A DNA stretch of 64,000 bases from Acanthaster planci (GCF_001949145.1 NW_019091356.1:4136934-4200933); one strand, 5' to 3'; positions 37,210-51,900 are shown, counted from the stretch's first letter. Notes: generated from the letters alone by a model not told the origin. Made by a program: numbers and translations.

Positions 37210-40200
37210 ATGGCAGTCAGTATTTGGTTTTCCGCACCTAGCAAGGAACTTAAGCGACTTGTTCGTACATGCATTTACTTTACAACACAGAGTCGCAACC
37301 CCCAACATTTTAAACCATCCTACCTGCTTGATGAACTAGCTTCAAGAAGTAAATATATTGCAGTCAATTCTAAAATAGCTAATTCCACCCTAAATACCGA
37401 GCAGTGTGCTACAACGTCCAATCAAAGGGAATTGTCAAAGTGTAGAGAGCGACACCAAGGTAAAGCGAACATGAAATGGCCCAGTATGCTCTTCCACCAA
37501 AGAGGTTTGGACACTAGCATTGACTGTAGACTCCTCAGTGTTGGCCACCAACTTACATGTAGATGGCTGCCAGGCAGTGGAATTTCAACGCAACCAATGA
37601 GGCTCTTCCACGGGAGCAGCACCGTCTGGGCTGGGCATAACAAATGGTCCAAGGTGAAGCACATCAAGGGCCCTAAAGATGATCAAAGGAGTATTGTCTT
37701 CAACAAACTCATTCTGCAGATGAGGATTGCTATAAGAGGTATGTTTATTTATTATGCAAAGACACTTGTTTCATATGCTACTCATTGGCCTGTTTACTGT
37801 TAATATATGAACAGACTGTGTGAAGGAAGCAAAGGAAAAACCCACACGAAATCAAAACCCCAAAACTTAAAAACAAAAGACCAACATATTCTTGAGAGAA
37901 TTGAAGGAAAGGCAGCTTCCAGGACCTCCCAACAACGAGCCTACCCCAAACCCAGCCTCTTTACCCAGCCTTCCAAAGTGAAGGTCATCCAACTTCAAAC
38001 CAACCCACGCCAACCCAACCACCAATCCATCCCTACTTACAATGCTAACTGTTTGGAAATCCATCTAACTTACATTGATTTACCTTGTTTGTTTTCTTCA
38101 AGTCCTCAAAAATGTCAAATTATTTAATTTATATTTTTTTTGTCTCTTTAGAAAATGGACCAAATCCTGAATTGAATTCTGCTCTGGCAGGTTTAATATC
38201 CCAGGCCAAGTCAAAAGCTATGCCAAAGTCGACAATAGAAGGGGTTCTCAAAGCTCCTGTAAGTACAGTGCAAACGGCATGCATAAGAACATTAGAGCAT
38301 AACAACGTATTGAAGATTTGGAGTATTTCCCTAATTATGGTGTGTAGGAGAGCCGCCTAAATGGACAGGGACATTTTGCTTAAACATGCCTCTACAGACC
38401 TCACTGGCACTAGAAGTGGGGGGTTACTTGGGGGTAATAGCCCCCTACTTTTGGCAGGTCCTTTAGTGATCTGTGCCTGATGGTCTCACAAATGCCCCCC
38501 CCCACTTTGAAAACTGTTCTGCTGCTTCTGTCTACAGTATATGATGAAATTTAAGAAGCATCTGTCAACGCCTTTGTTTGCATTTTACTAGTGGCTAAAT
38601 AAACCGTCACTCAGTCAAAATGACTGAGAACCAGTCTCCATCAGTACACTTTGCCTTTCATTTTAGCTGGTAACCTACTTTAGTTGGACTAATATTTTCT
38701 CTGCTTAGCAGAATTCTGTGCCATGCAGCTCTATGAAATTGTGCAGTGTCCAAACTATTTGGTTAGGGCTTTACACATGGTCCTGTGTGAAGTGGCTGCA
38801 GCCAGCACCATGGAATCATGCGCAATGTCAAGCCATAGCCAAGTAATTCGGACACTGCCTTGGCTGCGGCCGATTCTGATCCTGTGTCCACTGTGTATGA
38901 AGGCTAAGAGTGCAGACACACAGCTGCTGTTGGAGGCACGAGGGCCAGGCCAGTCATGTCTTCTCATTGATGTCTTGACAGACAATGCCAGAAGGACGAG
39001 GAATGAGATACAACGAATCTTACAAAAGAATGGGTGAGGCCGATTTATCAGTCATAGACTTAGGGGTGAGATTTCTCAGCTTTTTTAGCTGATTTCAGCT
39101 TTTTTTGTTTTGGATTTTAGCTTTATTTCTTCACTGGCTATGTACAAAAGCAAAGGAGATTTTAAGAGTTCAGCTTCTTGATGCCTTTTCAGCTGTTTCA
39201 GCTATTTTTATCATTGGTCAATCTCATCCCTGTAGACTCTACACAGTAGCGTATCCAGTAGTGTGTTCCCCCCCCCACTCACCTTTCAGATAATTTTATT
39301 AAAAGGAATTGCTAGTTTGGGCATTTTAGAAAATAGTACTGCCCCCATTTTTTGGGGTATGGGTGAAGTTTTTTTGCTGAACCCCCCCTCACTAAAAATC
39401 TGAATTGCTACTGGTTTATTTTGCAGGAGTTGCATACTCTAAAATTGGACCCATCTTGCACCATTAGTTCTGTTAGTTATATCATGTAACGTGAAGTACC
39501 AAAAAATTGCTGATGGGTACATACCTGTAGAGATACATACTTCAAAAATCTGAATGTTTGTTGCTGCTATTGAAGCATTTTTCTGATCATTGTAGCCTGC
39601 CTCGCTGGGAGAATAAATCCAAAACAAGGACAATAACTTTGAAATAGATTCCAGTGTATAAATATTTGTGCATTGCTTTTATGTTTTCAAATCGTTCCAG
39701 AGGAGACTTTGGCACCAGTCTCTATGCCTTCACAAGGAAGGGCGTGGTCAAAGTGTTACCACAAATGGAAGGTCAGGAGAAACCGTTGACCCTTGACCTT
39801 GCTGAGGAGGTTGCCATCGAGGTCGGTGCCGAGGATGTGCAGGAGACAAGCAACGAGGACGACACTGCCCTGTTCATGGTGAGTGTGGTGAATATTTGTT
39901 CATGGATTTACCTGGCAGCCCCCCTGGATTTGAACCCAGGGGGGCTTGGGTTTTTGAGGCAAAATACAGGAATAGTAAAAGCAGCCGATGAATGGCAAGG
40001 GCTGCATAAAAATGCAGCAACCATGTGTTACCAGAGAGCGTGTGAGCGTAGAGTCAGATCCCCTCGCCAACTGTTTTTCTGCTCAAATGTTAAAGCCTAG
40101 AAGTGCTTATTTTCTGACTCTAACAAAATTGGGATGCTGCATCAATCTTGAATTTATTAAGTGTTGTCCAAGAACATGCACAATCCTACTAAATTTGGGG

Positions 40201-40637
40201 TTACATGCCCCTGTTAAGAAATTGATCTGTAGATCACTGACTCTACAGAATCAATAAGTTTTATAAAAGGAAAACAGTTGCCCTTTTTGGGGGGGAGGCT
40301 AACACCCCCTTTAATTCACTATTCAATTTGTGTTTTTGTGCTTATGTGTGTATTATTTTGTTTTACTGTTTTTCCTTTGTTTTTTTAATTTTGACATTAG
40401 TTTTTGTCTTTTATTTTGCTCATTCAGTTCATCTGTGATTTGGGGGATCTCCGAACAGTCCGCAACAATTTAGCTTCCTTAAATTATGCCGTAGAATCCT
40501 CTTCTTTTGAATACCTACCAGAAACCACGATAGCGTTAAATGATAAGAGCCTAGAGGACACATTTCTGCTGATTTCGCTCTTAAACGATAATCCAAATGT
40601 TGTAAGGGTATATGATAACGTGGAGAGTTCTGGCTGA
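37210..40637 (+). CDS. TACO1: Translational activator of cytochrome c oxidase 1 (YebC/PmpR family), up to 384 aa
   Basis: Exons 37210-37738, 38152-38258, 38903-39033, 39701-39878, 40428-40637 in frame; AGHNKWSKVKHIKGPKD, GPNPELNSAL, MPKSTIE, EARGPG..LIDVLTDNARRT, FTRKGVV, AIEVGAEDV, VVRVYDNVE. Start codon and exon 3 acceptor less certain. Confidence 0.93.
39061..39232. mobile_element. Small MITE with 6-bp target-site duplication in TACO1 intron 3
   Basis: Termini TAGGGGTGAGAT / CAGGGATGAGAT (reverse complement of right end), TAGACT on both flanks, internal TTTCAGCT repeats. Confidence 0.65.
39244..39413. mobile_element. Possible second small MITE adjacent to the first
   Basis: Termini CAGTAGCGTATCCAG and CTGAATTGCTACTG (imperfect inverted repeat) with internal C-runs; similar ends at ~2590-2614. 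Confidence 0.4.
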
Positions 40638-43118
40638 AAGGTTGAGGTGTTAAAACTTGGGCTACTGTTTTCAGTTGGGCTGATTTAGCTAGAATGACAT
40701 CAGTTGGGAGGGAAGGAATGTTACACGTGGGTAGGTAATGTAATGCGAAGAATAACACATCACAAAATCACCATAAATTTGATGACAAATTCTTCCATTA
40801 GAGCCTAGTGTTAGAGATGAATTTATTAGCAACAAATAGCAAATAGTTTGAGACAAATATGACAAGGAAAAAACAAACAAATCAATGGAGGTATACGTTT
40901 CACTGCCCAGAGTCGTGCCACCAAAGAATTATGTGGTCATTTTTGCTGAATGTCTAGTGTCCAGCTTCTCAAATCTGTACCCGTCATGCATACAGTCAGG
41001 AAAATGTCTACTGTATGGAGCTGAACTTTTTCAAGATGTACTTTATGTCGGGTAAGGGAAAAACCTGTCATGAAAAGATCTAAACTGTGGCGTGCATTTC
41101 TTTTGTCGGTTGTTTTTGCTCTCTTGCTTCTTTTAGAGTGGGACATGACAATTTGGATGTCTGTGCGAGCAAAAGTTTCTCTTTAATTGTGAAGAATGCA
41201 CCCCAAACGGAAGAAAATGGTTCTTTTCGAGCCCATGTTTTGATGCGTGACTGCACCTGCTTGAGTGTTGATTAGTAGGGATAAAATATTCAACGATGGC
41301 TGTTCATTGTCAATTGGGACAGTACTTCCAAATCATGTTTCTCAGAATTAGTTTAAGGTTAAATACAGGAGGCATGGACTGAAAATGATACTAAGCAAAA
41401 GCAGAAATATAGCTGTAACATGTAGCCGTTAGAATCGGCGTACTTGTATACCTGGCACCGCGTAGAATTTGTTTTGTCTTCCTTAATCTTTGTTTAATAT
41501 GAAGTACATTAATATGACAAAATGTTATAGAATAAAGAGTCGTAAATTCGAGCCTTTATCATGGTGCTGTTCATTCAGTCTAACTACAAAATGAATTTGG
41601 GTGCTACATTTTCCCCCAAACTCTGTAATTCAAGATAAATCTGAAAATCACAAATTTACTCCTATTTTAAGGCACTCCAATGATTTTTGGGGAAAAAAGA
41701 TCTAGCAAGAAAGATGATGACAGTTAAAAATCATTGTTACTTAAAGTTTCTGGGACAATTCTCTAAAATCTGGGATGTTCTTTTCGCATAACTGCCGAAA
41801 ATGTCTTGACTGATTTGTGACGTTGCCACGAAATCCTGACAAAATAGCTGGAAAATAAAATAAAATAAAATTTTTGTACCTTTTAGTTGTAGCGTTAATC
41901 CCAAGAGAAGGGATTTCGCTGTCCAATCCAATAAAACTGTATAAATATTTTATTCAGTGCCACTTTGTCCTTGTTTTGTATAAACGGGTCACATTTTCGT
42001 ATGTAGATAAGTCGCTTTGGCAAAAGGCACATTTACATTAAAGCGCGGTATATATGAATGTATTATACGATATATCACTGGCTTTTCTTGATTGTCTTTC
42101 GCGAAACACAATTTATACTTGGACGAAAATGCAAGAGCTTTTACGTACTCTCGAGACTACGATCCGGAAAGGGTGCATCGCAATGTACAAGCAAGTCATA
42201 ATTCCGTGAACTGCGTTGGAATAGCTTATCTTAAAATTTGAAATTTTTAAAAGAGTGACCAGAATAAACCTTGAAGTTCAGTAGACTACTGTCAAAGAGA
42301 TAATTTTAAAATTGCGTGAATGCGTTCATCACAATATACATACTTATGCATTTCAATTAACCCACAAGTCCACTTTTTCGAAGGCTTCTCTCAAGAGAAA
42401 CGATTTTTCATCTCTTCTTTTCAGTCGGCAAACTTTTACAACTCTTTTTTCATGTGTGAAATTACAAAATTGTATAAATCTACCCTACAAAACTGCTGAG
42501 GAAATATTAATAATTTGAAATGATCGTGTTAAATAGTATTTTTTTTCTTAAAGGATAATAAACATTAACATGTTTGATGGTCATGTCGAAATAAACAAAT
42601 CTTGTGCTGACAAGTTTGACAAAGTGAACAAATCTGCATATATACTGTTGTAGTGTCTCTTGAAATCATAAAAAAAAGATGTATGTGTAATGCATCGAAA
42701 CTTTCACCCTGCTGATATGTTTTCAAAAATAGCTTTTTTTTCTAGGGGTATGTCATGTTCGGAAAGTTTGCTTCTGTGGGATCCTCCACATAATGTATTA
42801 TTTATATATTTTCTTCTGCTATACACTATACATGTATGCCCAATATTTTGTCGCGTGTGGAAATAAAGTGAGAGTGATTGAATAGTGGATTATTCATTCC
42901 ATTTTATCATATTTTCTCCTTTGCAACTTCACTTAAACGTCATTTTGTATTAGTTTGGCTAATATATTCAATGTGGCTTAATTAATTTTGATGTTCAATT
43001 TAAAATTAATGGCAACAAATTCGAAACGTTTTTCCCACGACCGCTGTTTTAACTGCGCGAGTTTGGCGTAGTTAATATTGGGTGACATCACAATATCTTG
43101 AAAAAGCGTGGGTTTTAT

Positions 43119-46100
43119 CTAGATCGGTACGAACGATGGTGGCTGCTTTTCGTCCCGCTTAAGATCGTACATCTGGGGTTGTTGCTTCTTGTCACCGGAC
43201 CTCTCATCGTCGCCACCGTCAGAATCGGAGGAGTAGTCGTCATCTCCTTGGTAACCCTGCCCTTGCTCCTTCCTACCTCGGCTTCCTCTGGCAGCCACGT
43301 CCATGCTCTCCTCAAGGGCTAGAGAGGGAAAACTAAAACTGTCCTCAGGACTCAGCAGTGGCATGCTGTCTACACTCTCCCTCTTCAGGGCGTCCCAGAT
43401 GGACCTCTCGTACCTACTCTGGAGGCTTCTGCCGAGAAGCAGCTCTTCATCGCGAAGAAATTTGGCAACCTTATTCGGTTGGAGACTTCCACCCAAGGCT
43501 CCATGTTTGTACCAGTAGTCTGGTATGTATCCACCGAGCCTTCCGAACTCCATCTCGAATTCACCGAAGTAGGGTTCGAAGGGAAAGCCGTAGTACATCA
43601 ACTGGTCTGTGACGTCTTTCAATTTTCCCAACTCATGGAGAAGCTCCTCCATCCCGAGTCGTTCGCTCCGGACAATTTCGTTGAGGTAGGCGATCCTTTC
43701 CTTCAGCGATTTCCGTCTTTTCTGTCTGAAAATTGAAGAGGTAAAAGACAATGTTCCGGTGTTTTAAAGTGAGATTTGCACTACCTCAAAAATTCCCAGG
43801 ACCGAGAAATTTGCTTAACAACAAACTTTAGATATACACAAGCATGTTATGCGAGGAACTCGAGGCGAGGCAAATATCCTCTCAAATATCAATCAATCAG
43901 TTATTATTATTATTCGATGGGGTAATGCTTTACAAATTCCTTTCTATAATTTTAGAAACACATTGATACTGCTAATACAAGTCGTAAGTGCTAGATTTGT
44001 GATGAATATGCAGCTTTTTTCGTTGAAACGTTCAAGCAGAATATTCCACCGATTCAGGCTTGTGTGCTGTTACTTGTGCGCCAAGGACGAGGATATTAAA
44101 TCAGGATTTTGTCCGACTAACTTTTTGTTTGTACTAAGTATGCTTACCTGTAGAAAGATCCATTCAGCTTCATTTCCAGTCTGAGGTCCTCTGACAGGAG
44201 CCGGTGCTGATAATCCAGACTCTTTGTTTCTTCTTTCCACCCATGCGCTTTTTCTGTCAGCAGGGCTACCCTGGCTTGCAGCCTCCGTTTCAGGCGGTGG
44301 CTACCCCGGTACTTGGTCACCTCTCTGGCCACATTGTCTTTCATGACAGTCAGGAGCTTGAGAGCAGCCTGCTGGGTCTCCTTGCTCTCGATGAGCTCCT
44401 CCAACTTCTGGCAAAGCTTCTCCAGTTTTTTCTCCTGCCAGGAAAGCGGTCCGGACCCCCGCGACTCTTGTTCCTGGCGTTCCAAGTCATGCTCCAGGGT
44501 TAGAGTCTCCATGCTATCCTCTGTGCCCTGCATTGATACCAGGGCTTCTTTCGTATTGCGGGGAATGGGTTGCTCTTGATACTTTTCTTGGGCCGTTTTG
44601 GCGTTGGTTGATCTGGCTTGGGCAGGTGCTTTGGGCCTTACTTTGGCGTCGCCATCGTTGTGAATCGAAGGCATCTTGCCGTTTTCATTTTTAATCGGAG
44701 ACGTGCTTTCCTGGTTCTTATTGACATCTTGATCCCTCATTTTCTTGCCCCTTGGTTGAGGCTGTAGGTCTGGTAAACTAGCCCTTTTTGCAGCATCTTC
44801 TTCATCGGTTTGCCCTCCGCTGTTGTCCTCTGCTGCCTCGTCTTCACCATCTGCCTGGTATGTATGTTGTTGAGAGTCATTCCTTCTCTGTACCTCACCT
44901 CCTCGATTTCTAACTCTGGCCTTGTCTGTCGTGTTCTTGGTCATTTTGGATTCACTTGCCTGACTTTTTTGCGCCACCCCCACTTGATTTTCCCCTCCCG
45001 CAGTTTCAAAATCGTCTGATTTAGACTCGGCCTTAGCTTTTCTCAATTTTTGGTTGGTACTCCTTTTCAGAGGCGATCGATCGTTGGAATTATCGGGCTG
45101 CCTTTTTGCAAACGATTTGCCATTTTCGTGTTGGCCTTCTACGCCGGTTTCTCGTGTAGCCTCCGGCTTGGCATTTTTCTTGCTACCTCCTGATCTGTCT
45201 ACGGACTTAGACATGTTGCTTCTCCCATGATTTCCAGGTTCTAGTGCAGGTGCTGGTTTATTGACGTATGAGGTTCGCTCCTTGTCCATGTCTGCGAGAC
45301 TTTTTACCTTCTTTCGAACGTCAACGGGCTGTTTCGGCACTGGGTTGTTCTTGGCGACCTGTCGTGTGCTCTTTTGCGAAGCCTTGGACATTACCGATGG
45401 GGCATCCATCTCCGATGAAGATGACATCCCACTGTCGGATGCAGGGTTCCCGGCCAACTTTTGTCGAATGTGCTCGGCTTTGCACCACCAATCTCTAGCC
45501 AGATCCACCGACATTTCGCTCTTATTCAGCACGTCTGGAACCAACCTTAGAATGTTCTCGAATCGGTTGCAGTCCTTGAACTGACAAATGCGGTATGCCG
45601 ACGTTTCGTCGAATAGAGTCGGGTCGATTTCAGACTCTCCAAGAAGCTCCTCCCAGTTGTTGACATTCTCTTCCAGACTGTCCACATCAAGCGAGAGCTG
45701 TCGGCACAATTCCCCAACCTCCTTGATCAAGTCTGGTGACAGTCCTTGGCCTTGCCCCTTGACCAGACCCCCTGTCTTGACCTGCAGGTCTCGGAGACGT
45801 ATGAACGAGCTGTCATAAAAGAACTCATACAGCACAGTGTAGATTCTGTCTTTGAAGGTCCAAGCCAGTCGGCGTAGGTCCTCTATGTACTCGAAGAACA
45901 TCTTGAAGAACATCTTGCTTTTGTGCCTTTGAGGTGATGGTGGGATACTCTTTATGACGTCACGGAGGGCCCCGAGGGAATTCACGGTGAGGTTTTGTGG
46001 GATGACTGCCTGGAGGTGCCGGTAGAGTCGTTCGACAGAAAAGCTGTCAACTCGCCGCACTCCGGCTTTGAAGCTTAAGAGTTGCCTGTGCATGGCGTAG

Positions 46101-46129
46101 TTCTGTTTTGGCCTGCTTGCCCCTATCAT
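43119..46129 (-). CDS. Uncharacterised protein (~862 aa): helical N-terminal region, disordered middle, coiled coil, aromatic C-terminal region
   Basis: Exons 46129-44148 (donor AG|GTAAGC, phase 2) and 43725-43119 (acceptor ttttcag, phase 2) join in frame (..FYRQKRRKSLKERIAYL..). An in-frame acceptor at 46144 means upstream exons may exist. No family recognised. Confidence 0.85.
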
Positions 46130-48820
46130 TTCATCGGGATTAGTCTGCAGAGGAATTACGGATCGATAACAATTGGTCACTTAAATATCCCGAGCAATGA
46201 AACGTATTCCAAATACTTTGTAAAGTACAGCGTAGCAAAGCACATGACACGGCCTCCAGATTTACAACTCGATCTATGCCTCGGGATCAGGGTTCAAAAT
46301 TTCCAATGGGAAAACCAGGGCTGGATTTTACTAAATTACTGCTGATTGAAAAAAGCCTTGTATGCCCATCATATACAAGAGCACTAATAATACAAAGTTA
46401 TGTTTACAACGAGGGTACCATGTCTTTGTTTTTCTTTTTTATTACTGAACAATGCAAAGTACAAATTATAAAGAGGTAAAGTCCCAAGAACTTTGTTATA
46501 ACAGTGTTCCGCTGCATACGTAAGATGGAGTACTCAGTGTTGTGTTGGACTCGATTTGTATCCTGGCATTTCCGTTCAGAATTACGTCGGTTCTGGCTAT
46601 AGACCACCGTCATTGGGCAACCATCTCTTTTTCTGCCATTCAAAGCAATGTAACCAAATTGAGGGTACCCCCCAAAAATGTCCAATCCGGGCCCTATACA
46701 CACTCTAGACTCTTGTTACCTAACACATCCCCCCAGAAGTCTGTAAAGAATTCCTGAGATTCTGATCAAACAATGACCAACACAAAGGGGGTGGGATTCT
46801 CTCCGCCCCATATCTTGCATCATATGGACTGAGGCTGGAAGGAGAAATAGTCTGTTCCCATTTATAAATACGGTAAGTTGTATTACTACTGCCAGTGGAT
46901 ATACAGGGGTCAAGACAAACATGGCAGTATCATGATCAAGGTCCATAATCTAGTGACGTTTCACTGATCACTCCTGATGGCCTCCATAAATGCCGCTTAC
47001 ATTGTGTTAGGTTTGTGAGGGGCGACTGTCACAGAACAGTGGCTCTGCATAAAAACCGTCACAATGTTCGTTGCCATTAAAGGGGCCACTGCACTGAACT
47101 AGTGATGGTGTGACCATGGCCACCGGAATTGGCTATAGGATCACTATAGTGTGTGCCCCTGAGCAAGAAAATTTATTGCAGTTTCCAAAGTACAGCTGTT
47201 GGGATGGTCGTGAAGGAAAGTGGCTTAAATCTGGAGACTTGTTTCAGTATCTGAGTGCTGGTTCAATGTGTTGGATTATAGGATTGCATGTATTTTTTAA
47301 ATTTATGTTGTCAATGTGGTCAAACGCTACTGTTTGAACGAAGGCACATTTGTAGTTTATCTAGCAACACGAAGACAAACTTCTGTGTACCAGGTAATAA
47401 CATTGCGTGATAAAATGATACTTCAGAGTTTCATATTCATTTATTGTTACATATACATACTTTTATATCAAAATAACGTGACAGAAACTTGCATATTGCC
47501 TTCACCGTTTTTACCAGCTGAGTAACATGCGATGGAATTCCTCTGCAGTTCTGACTCATTTATCTCTACATTAGCTTGGCATTGGGAAAATGAGGCAGGT
47601 CGTTCAGCGAGGCCAAATGCGTAGTTGCCACTGCCACGTCTATTGTGACAAGATTATTTTCATGAAAAATTTAATACAGCGTCTAATTATCCTCACGAGC
47701 AATTTGCTGTTACCATGGTGATGCATCCAGCTTGTTTGTATGATTATGCATTTTTAACGGTTATGGCGTCCGTACTTGGATCGAGGACTAAGAATATTTT
47801 GTCAAAAGGAAATTATCAAATGACGAAACTGCTATACCAGTATCGAATGTGACTCATTATTTTTTTTAAATTTCTTTTGTACGTGACGGGAAAATCAACC
47901 AGATTTTGGCCATTTTAATGCTGGTATACTTACTTACTGGATGTTAAATATCTGCGAGAAGAGACCTTTTCCAAAGCAAATTTAACAGAACAGTTGCATT
48001 ATCCCTTTCTCTATTTTGAGATGTGCTTGTTCGGTCTTTTACTACCTAGTATAGGAATTGTCTGTATCCAAAATCGGTTATCTTTGCGATGTTTTTCGTT
48101 CTGCCATACCAAATATGGGATTAGTTATCGTGTTGACTGTTACGCTTCAGTGCTCTCAGCTTAATTTATCATTTCCTTGACATGACAAAAGTGTATTTTA
48201 CTACAGGAAACAGAACCCTGCTATTCGCGCCTTTACGAAGAGAGAGTGTCGTGTCAAGAGTTGGCCCTTTGAATCGGATTAGGGGAAAATAAACTCTTGG
48301 ACCGCATGTCTTGACCATTGGACGTTGCAATAAAATAATCTTGCACACTCGATGAAAATTATCGATAACAACTGCAGATAGTATCACGGAGCATGGCGAA
48401 AGACAGATACAGCTCTCTTATTAAACGTGCTCCGTGTGTTACAAATCAATAACTCGTCGTCCCATGCCATTGGATTGCCGACCATTGTCTTCGTTGTGTT
48501 ATTGGTATTAGCATTGGTTCAATAGCTGCACAGCCGAAATCATACATGATGTTGGTGTGTAATTACAATAATTCATTGTGGTATACTAAACCTTGAATTT
48601 ATCACAGTCCAATTTAAAAGTGTGGTTATTTTAGCTTAAATATTTTAGTTTAAACTTAGTAGAAGGGGGAAATTATCTGTATCTTCTAGACCACCTTCCT
48701 TTGTATTGGTCATTTGTTATTTAAATATCGTAAAGGCGACTCATCTGATGAACGTCCTTGCTAATATGAATAAACTGCTGCAGAAGCATTAAATATACCC
48801 CTCTTCCAAACTAGATTTAG

Positions 48821-48925
48821 AAAACAAACAAACAAACAAACAAACAAACAAACACCCCAACAAACAAACAAACAAACAAACAAACAAACAAACAAACACC
48901 CCCCCAAAAAAAAACAACAACAACT
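48821..48925. repeat. (AAAC)n microsatellite, interrupted
   Basis: Direct reading. Confidence 0.95.
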
Positions 48926-51900
48926 TGAGTTTAGATCTTCCCCAACCTCAACCCAAAGAGAATGGAGCTACAGAATCTACTAGAGACCTCGGGTCGAGAG
49001 TAGTGTTCTTCATCAACCCGACGAAAGGTTTTGATCAAGCGTTGCTCTTCTCTATGCAACATCAAACACTCTTATCTTGTAGCATGCTTGTCTTTGCGTT
49101 TGTGTGTTATGTTACGCTTAACTAGCCATGGATATTACCCGTCGAACCATAATTCATCACTGCCTACAGTTTACTGCCAAAATAATAATTTCTACACCCT
49201 AGCGTCGATGTGCTTCGTGTAATTATTCGTGTGCTATTTACACGTACCAACAGTGATCAAAATATTTTGCTTCCAACAGTACAGTGGAAGGGACGAATGT
49301 TTTTTTTTAAAGATCCTTTTAAGAAATTGTTTGCAAATATTTGCACAGTATTGTTTCATCTGAAATAGATCACAGCTAAATAATATTCGAACTGCGCACG
49401 CAATCACGAAAAACCTATGTTGATTTCTTAGTTGGGATTACTAACAAATAACAGGCAGGATAAATTTCACAAAATAAGGAATAACTCACGTAGTACGTGG
49501 CGAAGTAGCCATCCATGATGACGTCCTTCGTTTTGGAGATGTAAAAAATGCAGAAGGAGGTGGTTTAAGTTACCCAGCGGTAAGCTATCAGATAGGTGCG
49601 AACGCACTGTGGTTGATTTAATATCGCGCAACAAAGTGGCAATCGTCGACTGCCTCCCACACTATTTTAAGTCTCATCAGATGTTTGGATTGCCATGGCA
49701 ACTGCTCAGACAACAATGCAAACAATGGCAAGTCACCACCTGGTTGCCACGGTACGGGGATTTGTCTGGTGTTTCTTCTCTGTCGAGTTGGAAAGTGGGT
49801 GGTACCCTTTTGTAGCAAGATTATTTCTTGACCAAAATATAAACTCATTTTATAGGCTGTTGCCAATTCCTTAGACACTGATGCTTTTGTCCTGCCTGTC
49901 TGTCGATTTAACAGCGCCCCCTACCCTCTCTTTGTGTTTTTCAAAGGGATTCAAAACAAATTATAGGCCTATTACCTGCATAAACATCTAGTGACTGCGT
50001 GGATTCAAAGAGGGCGCTCATTACATGGAACTGCATATTGAGCGGCACCGTACCAGATAGCCGCCAGACTAGATATTCTCACGTTACTTATCAGTATGAA
50101 TGATAGTCCGAGAGTGAGCAAGTGTCACAGGTAATATCGTCATTTTATAACCTTACCCTGTTTTCAGGCCTTGTCTGTTGCCACGTTTTCTTTTTAATGC
50201 AGGCGAATCAGATAAAGCTGTCCTGGTTGATATGCTCAAATTAGAAGTACAGGAAAACTCAATTTTACGATGATACATGTACCGGACGACATTCGGAAAT
50301 CCAGTTCAGTGGCCGGTGAGTACATTTTTATCTAGAAAACGAATGTGGAAGTTGGTCTGGTTGCAGAGTTTCTAGGTTATCGTATTAAAGTGTTTGCAAA
50401 GAACAAGTCGATATTTGATGGAAGATTCACTCGTAAAAAGATTCACTTCCTTTTAAAAGAGGAAGAGATGCAGAAACCAATGCAGTGCACATCCTAAACC
50501 ATTCTCCTTAAAATAGGAAGAAGTCGAAAGTTATTAATTTAGTTGAGTATGGAATTCCCCATCGGAGGTGGTTCATGTTTTTCTCTCGGATTTCCTGTTG
50601 TTGCACAAAGCAACAGTATTCAGATGTTCTTCGACGTCTCCCATTGACACTGACAACATGCAGTGACCCTCCCAAATATTTACATGGTGATAAGTCATGG
50701 AACAAAGTTAAAAACCTGTACCTATCACCTGTGATGACGGGCAAACTCCTTGTCGTTAGAATATCGTCTATACCCCCAGCGTTTGTACTGCTCCGTCGTG
50801 AATTGCCTCACGATATCAGGTTTGTAGAACTGTCATTCCAGATTACTTTACTCGAATACTCTTTGCAATACTCTGCAACCCTTGTACTCCTTGACACGCT
50901 CTTGGATATGACACAGGGCTGTGGATAATTGTTCTCCAACATGTTCGCTCTGAGAAAAGGTGTGTGTACAGGATAAAAAAAAACCGTCATTATGTTGTGA
51001 GCGGAATGAATTTGGCCGGTCACCTGAGGCTAAGCTTGACGCTATCATGTTTGTAAAGATGTATGAACCAAAACCTCGATTGTTTCATCGTCGCAAAATC
51101 ACGTCAATATATATTGTTTATAAAATGTTTGGATGATTTTCATCTGCGTGGATGCCTCAAGATGTCGAACACCTAGCCAGATGCATGCCAACCCTGACGA
51201 ACCAGACCCCTGCGGAAAGACATTGGAATCCAATATATCAGGGCATCATGAATTGGCTGTATACATGAATTGAAGGCGGTCACAGTTTGCAAGCATTACA
51301 CATTACAGCTTTAGGTTTGTTCCAATCGAGAACGGATTCGTGAGAAGCCCTAGGCAGGTCACGCCCCGTCGTCAACCTGATGTTTGGTAATGTTGCACTA
51401 CATCGTGTATTTAAGGTACCATCGGAGTGGGAAAACGCTGAAATTTACATTAAAGTGGATTTTTTGGGGGTAGGGGTGTTAAAAAGTCAGTAAATTACAA
51501 AATGATAACAGAGTAGGCCTATATGCAGATATTGCAAGAGGTGCGTGTATGGTTTTCTGAACTTTTTTTCTCTTCAAAGGGCTACAGTGATTTGGGTCAA
51601 AATTCTGACAATATACCATTTCAATAAATTAATGTCATTGCACTCTGAAAACTTAAAGTGCAAGGACACACTTAGGAGTTACACTCTCAGGTATTGGGGA
51701 GAATGTCGTCGGCCAACCACATCTACGCTACTGACATGCAGCAGCCAATCGGTGTCCGCAACACAAGATTGCCACCTCGCGCAGAATATTTCTGTACACA
51801 ACACGGGCCAGTGCTGGGGACGCTGTCTACGCGTCCCAAACACGGTCGGCGTAGCCCGAGGCTGACTAGACTACAGCCAAATGCAGACGCGGGTGTGAAG

